Source: Alphaproteobacteria bacterium | Lineage (GTDB): Bacteria > Pseudomonadota > Alphaproteobacteria > UBA828 | Assembly (NCBI GenBank): GCA_963667785.2 | Contig: CAXXMU010000001.1 | Span: 736,001 to 800,000, forward strand | Direction: 5' to 3' | Length of the DNA stretch: 64,000 bases | Shown: piece after piece, positions 60,425 through 64,000 of the stretch | Layout of the letters: the number at the start of each line of letters is the position of its first letter | How positions within the stretch are numbered: position 1 is the first letter of the stretch | Notes under the pieces: model-generated | Told to the model about the DNA's origin: nothing | The model's input: only the letters and a program-made list of their open reading frames with translations | Databases searched by the model: none | Position numbers and translations under genes: made by a program

Positions 60425-61165
60425 ATGAGACTGCTTGCGGTAGCGTTGGTTCTGGCGCTCTGCGCGGCGACGCCGACGCTCGCGACCGAGAAGCTGCGTA
60501 TCGCCACGACCGGCGGCTATCCGCCGTTCACCTATGTCGACGATGCCGGTGAGGTTGCAGGCTTCGACCTCGACATCGCGCGTGCGCTCTGCGCGGAACT
60601 CGGGGCCGAGTGTGAGGTCGTGCTGGAGGAATGGGAGCGGCTGATTCCGGAGCTGCGCGCCGGCAGCTTCGATGCCATCGCCGCCAGTATGTCGATTACC
60701 GAGAAGCGGCGCGAACTGGTGAGCTTCACGAACCGGTACTACAGCAACGTGGTCCGCTTCGTGGCGCGCAAGGGCTCCGACTTCGACCCGGCCGACGCGG
60801 CGGGCAGGACCATCGGCGCGGCCCGCGCCACGATCGCCTCCGACTGGCTCGAGGCGAACCTGGCCGGCACGGCGACCATCGAGCTCTATACCGGCCAGGA
60901 GGAGCTTTACCGGAACCTGGTCGCTGGTCGCCTGGATGCCATGTTCGGCGACGGCCTGGGCTCATACGCCTGGCTTGAGGGTCCGGAAGGTACCGGCTTC
61001 GAGTTCGTCGGCGAGGGATACAGACTGGACGAAGGCATCGGCATCGCCGTGCGCCACGAGGACGCCTCCCTTCTGTCGCGCCTGAACGGCGCCCTCGAGG
61101 CCATCCTCGCGAACGGTACCTACGAGCGGATCAACGCCCGCTACTTCCCGTTCAGCATCCACTAG
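60425..61165 (+). CDS. Polar amino-acid ABC substrate-binding protein (family 3), orphan
   Basis: AGGAG RBS; signal peptide; YPPF, GFDLD, SMSITEKR, GIAVR, NGTY. Confidence 0.92.
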   Translation: MRLLAVALVLALCAATPTLATEKLRIATTGGYPPFTYVDDAGEVAGFDLDIARALCAELGAECEVVLEEWERLIPELRAGSFDAIAASMSITEKRRELVSFTNRYYSNVVRFVARKGSDFDPADAAGRTIGAARATIASDWLEANLAGTATIELYTGQEELYRNLVAGRLDAMFGDGLGSYAWLEGPEGTGFEFVGEGYRLDEGIGIAVRHEDASLLSRLNGALEAILANGTYERINARYFPFSIH

Positions 61166-61412
61166 GCCGTGAGGTTATCGGCGCACGGCGGCGCTCGAGA
61201 GCCAGCGTTGCTCACCTGATGAGACTTGTCCCGCCTTCCGTTTCCCTCCGCTCCGAGTCCCCCTTGCAACCTGTCGTCGTTTTGGGGCTGGCCCCGCAGC
61301 ACCGAAGAGGGGCAGAGAATGCTTGACGAGCGGGCCAGGTTCTCGAATCGTAGAACATGACACACGTGTCAGGTTCTCCCGTTTCGGGCAGGAGCGGACG
61401 GACGCCACGACC

Positions 61413-62261
61413 ATGCGACTGAGAGCGGCGCTGCACGAGACGCTCGACGGCTGGCACGGGGATATCGACCCTTCCTGGCGCGCTCTCGTGCACGACGTCG
61501 CGTTGGCCTTCGATGCGGTCGACGCCGCGCTCGAGCTGGAGCCGTGGGAGCCGATCTTTCCGGCCCGGCGGGGCAGGAGCCTGCCCGGCGCGCCGTCGGG
61601 CGCGCACATGCTGCGCGCCTTCGACGGGATCGCGCCGGAGAGCGTGCGCTGCGTGATCGTGGGCCAGGACCCCTATCCGTGCCCCGCGTTTGCGACCGGG
61701 CGGGCCTTCGAGGCGGGCAACGTCGCCCGCTGGCGGGAGCTCGACAAGATGTTCTCGCCGAGCGTCCGCGCGGTGATCCAGCTCGTCGTCGCGGAGCGCA
61801 CCGGCGCGGCACGCTACGCCGAGGGCTTCGCGCAGTGGCCGGAGACGCTGGCGGCCATCGAAGCGGGCGCGGTCGATCTGGAGGCGCCCGAGGCGCTGGC
61901 TGAGCGCTGGGTCGCCTCCGGCGCGCTTCTGCTCAACAGCTCGCTCACGCTCTCCCGCTTCCGCCGCGAGGGCGATCCCCATCAAGTGCGGGGCCATCTG
62001 CCGCTCTGGCGCCCCTTGCTGGTCCGGGTGCTCGATCTACTGGCGCGGCGGGGTACGCCCGTCGTCTTCATCGGCTTCGGCGACGCGGCCGCCGAGACGC
62101 TGGCTGCGGCGGGGCTTGGAGAGGCTGAACAACGCGCAGCGGGGCGCGTCATCCTCCGCCCGCACCCCGCCGCGGCCGACGAGATGCTCGCGCAGGAGAA
62201 CCCGCTCTCGCTCTGCAACCGTCGTCTGCGGGCCATGGGCGCGGCGCCGGTGGACTGGTAG
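61413..62261 (+). CDS. Uracil-DNA glycosylase family-1-like protein with atypical motifs
   Basis: EPIFP, LRAF, VIVGQDPYP, ATGRAF, GALLLNSSLT, PHPAAA. Confidence 0.8.
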   Translation: MRLRAALHETLDGWHGDIDPSWRALVHDVALAFDAVDAALELEPWEPIFPARRGRSLPGAPSGAHMLRAFDGIAPESVRCVIVGQDPYPCPAFATGRAFEAGNVARWRELDKMFSPSVRAVIQLVVAERTGAARYAEGFAQWPETLAAIEAGAVDLEAPEALAERWVASGALLLNSSLTLSRFRREGDPHQVRGHLPLWRPLLVRVLDLLARRGTPVVFIGFGDAAAETLAAAGLGEAEQRAAGRVILRPHPAAADEMLAQENPLSLCNRRLRAMGAAPVDW

Positions 62262-62264
62262 CCG

Positions 62265-63923
62265 ATGCCCCGCGAGCGCGCCTTCGACTACGTCATCGTC
62301 GGCGCCGGCTCCGCCGGTTGCGTGCTAGCGAACCGGCTGTCGGCCGATCCCGATTGCTCCGTTCTCCTCATCGAGGCCGGCGGCAGGGACCGCAATCCGC
62401 TCTTCCGTCTGCCCATGCTGATGGGCCGACTGTTCCAGTCCGGCATCTACAACTGGCGCTACCACACCGAGCCGGTGCCGAGCCTCGGCGGCCGCTCGCT
62501 CTATTGGCCGCGCGGCAAGGTGCTCGGCGGGTCTTCCACCATCAACGGCATGATCTACGTGCGCGGCAATCGCCACGACTATGATCGCTGGGCGCAGCTT
62601 GGGCTCGACGGCTGGTCGTACGAAGACGTGCTGCCGGCCTTTCTCCGCTCCGAGGGCCATGTGGAGCGCAGCGGCGCTCACCACGGCACCGGGGGAGAAC
62701 TCACCGTCTGCCGTGCGCGCGGCACCAATCCGCTCTTCGACGCGTTCGTCGAGGCGGGCCATCAGGCCGGCCATCCCGTCAACGACGACTTCAACGGGCC
62801 GGAGCAGCAGGGAATAGGCCGCTACGACTTCACCATCAGGCGGGGCAGGCGCTGCTCCACGTCGGCCGCCTTCCTGCACCCGATACGACATCGGCGCAAC
62901 TTGTCCATCGCCACCGGGAACCTCGTGCGCCGCGTGGTCGTCGACGGCGGCCGCGCGACGGGGGTCGAGATGGCGCGGGGCGGCGGCACGCGCACTGTCG
63001 GCGCGAGGCGCGAGGTCATCCTCTGCGCCGGCACCGTCAACTCGCCCCAGCTCCTGATGCTGTCCGGCATCGGGCCGGGCGACGCGCTGAGCCGGCACGG
63101 CATCCGGGTGGTCCACGAGCTTCCCGGCGTCGGCCGCAACCTGCAGGATCACGTGGACTGCGTTCTCTCGTACGCGTGCACGAAGCCGCTCACCCTCTAT
63201 CGCGAGCTCCGGGCCGACAGGATGATCCGTTCGGTGGCGGAGGGGATGCTGTTCGGCCGCGGCATCGCCACGACCTTTCCCTACGAGGCGGGCGCGTTCT
63301 TCAAGAGCCGGCCGGAACTGGTGGCGCCGGACATCCAGGTGCACTTCATGCCGGCGCTGGAAAGCACGGCGAGCCTGCATGTTCCCAACCCCTTCGGTAA
63401 GGCCGCGGCCGACGCCGGCCACGGCTTCGCGCTCCGCGTGGGTCCGCTCAATCCCGAGAGCCGGGGGTGGGTGGCTCTGCGCTCCGCCGATCCCGCCGAC
63501 GCGCCGCTGATCCAGCCCAACTATCTGCAGGACGACGCCGACTGCACGACGACGATCGCGGGCATCCGCATGGTCCGCGATGTGATCGCACAGCCGGCCT
63601 TCGACGCCTGTCGCGGCCCCGAGCTTGCGCCGGGCGATGCGCTACAGAGCGATACCGATCTCACCGCCTGGCTCCGTGCCAACGCCATGACGACCTTTCA
63701 TCCCGTCGGCACCTGCCGCATGGGCACCGACCCGATGGCGGTGGTGGACGCCCGGCTCGCCGTCCGCGGCATCGCCGGGCTCAGGGTCGCTGACGCCTCG
63801 GTCATGCCCGTCATCACGAGCGGCAACACCAACGCGCCCGCCATCATGATCGGCGAGAAGGCGGCCGAGTTCATACGGGGCGGGGCCGAACCTCAGGCGA
63901 CAGCCAAGGAGAGCGAGGAATGA
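62265..63923 (+). CDS. GMC oxidoreductase (choline dehydrogenase-like)
   Basis: GAGSAG, PRGKVLGGSSTING, NLQDH, HPVGTCRMG, GNTNAP. Confidence 0.93.
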   Translation: MPRERAFDYVIVGAGSAGCVLANRLSADPDCSVLLIEAGGRDRNPLFRLPMLMGRLFQSGIYNWRYHTEPVPSLGGRSLYWPRGKVLGGSSTINGMIYVRGNRHDYDRWAQLGLDGWSYEDVLPAFLRSEGHVERSGAHHGTGGELTVCRARGTNPLFDAFVEAGHQAGHPVNDDFNGPEQQGIGRYDFTIRRGRRCSTSAAFLHPIRHRRNLSIATGNLVRRVVVDGGRATGVEMARGGGTRTVGARREVILCAGTVNSPQLLMLSGIGPGDALSRHGIRVVHELPGVGRNLQDHVDCVLSYACTKPLTLYRELRADRMIRSVAEGMLFGRGIATTFPYEAGAFFKSRPELVAPDIQVHFMPALESTASLHVPNPFGKAAADAGHGFALRVGPLNPESRGWVALRSADPADAPLIQPNYLQDDADCTTTIAGIRMVRDVIAQPAFDACRGPELAPGDALQSDTDLTAWLRANAMTTFHPVGTCRMGTDPMAVVDARLAVRGIAGLRVADASVMPVITSGNTNAPAIMIGEKAAEFIRGGAEPQATAKESEE

Positions 63924-64000
63924 TCGTCGAGCACAGGACCTACACCTTCCGCCCCGGCACGGTGGAGGGCTGGCTAGAGAAGTACGAGGCAGAGGGCCTG
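63920..64000 (+). CDS. NIPSNAP family protein (partial, runs off window end)
   Basis: MIVEHRTYTFRPGTVEGWLEKYEAEGL; ATGA overlap with the GMC stop. Confidence 0.75.
   Translation, partial: MIVEHRTYTFRPGTVEGWLEKYEAEGL

Noticed and set aside
61217-61260. CTGATGAG resembling a hammerhead ribozyme core
   Set aside because: No GAAA follows the putative stem II and no stem I/III pairing was found
62265-63923. Calling the GMC gene betA
   Set aside because: Only family-level motifs; no bet genes nearby

Overview
Chromosomal window from a very GC-rich alphaproteobacterium (gene style and order resemble Rhodospirillales-like genomes; this is an inference). From left to right it holds: a complete clade I nitrous-oxide reductase cluster nosRZDFYLX behind an FNR-type box; thrB-rnhA; a fused indolepyruvate:ferredoxin oxidoreductase-family gene; oligoendopeptidase F; several catabolic and redox genes (crotonases, SDR, solo CoxL-like molybdoenzyme, TAT sulfite-oxidase-family protein); a branched-chain-type ABC transporter; yqgE and the thrC-M16-tusA-rimJ operon; a low-GC dGTPase insertion; a MetE-like operon facing an HTH-methyltransferase fusion; nnrS; and a ~15 kb lower-GC catabolic island (TetR, CoA ligase, hydrolases, LLM, SDR, amidase, crotonase, ABC transporter, MaoC). 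The island is bounded by an IS110 remnant and a MITE-like element and is followed by an amino-acid SBP, an atypical uracil-DNA glycosylase, a GMC oxidoreductase and a NIPSNAP gene. The most notable non-annotated structures are: (i) two ~1 kb single-gene cassettes, each flanked by a 25-34 bp direct repeat and carrying no mobility gene; (ii) a ~150 bp multi-hairpin repeat with compensatory base changes, in two full inverted copies plus one fragment; (iii) an IS110 stub that retains its non-coding (candidate bridge-RNA) end; (iv) a phased 10-bp repeat array. No rRNA, tRNA or CRISPR array was recognised. All calls come from reading motifs by eye; no database searches were run.
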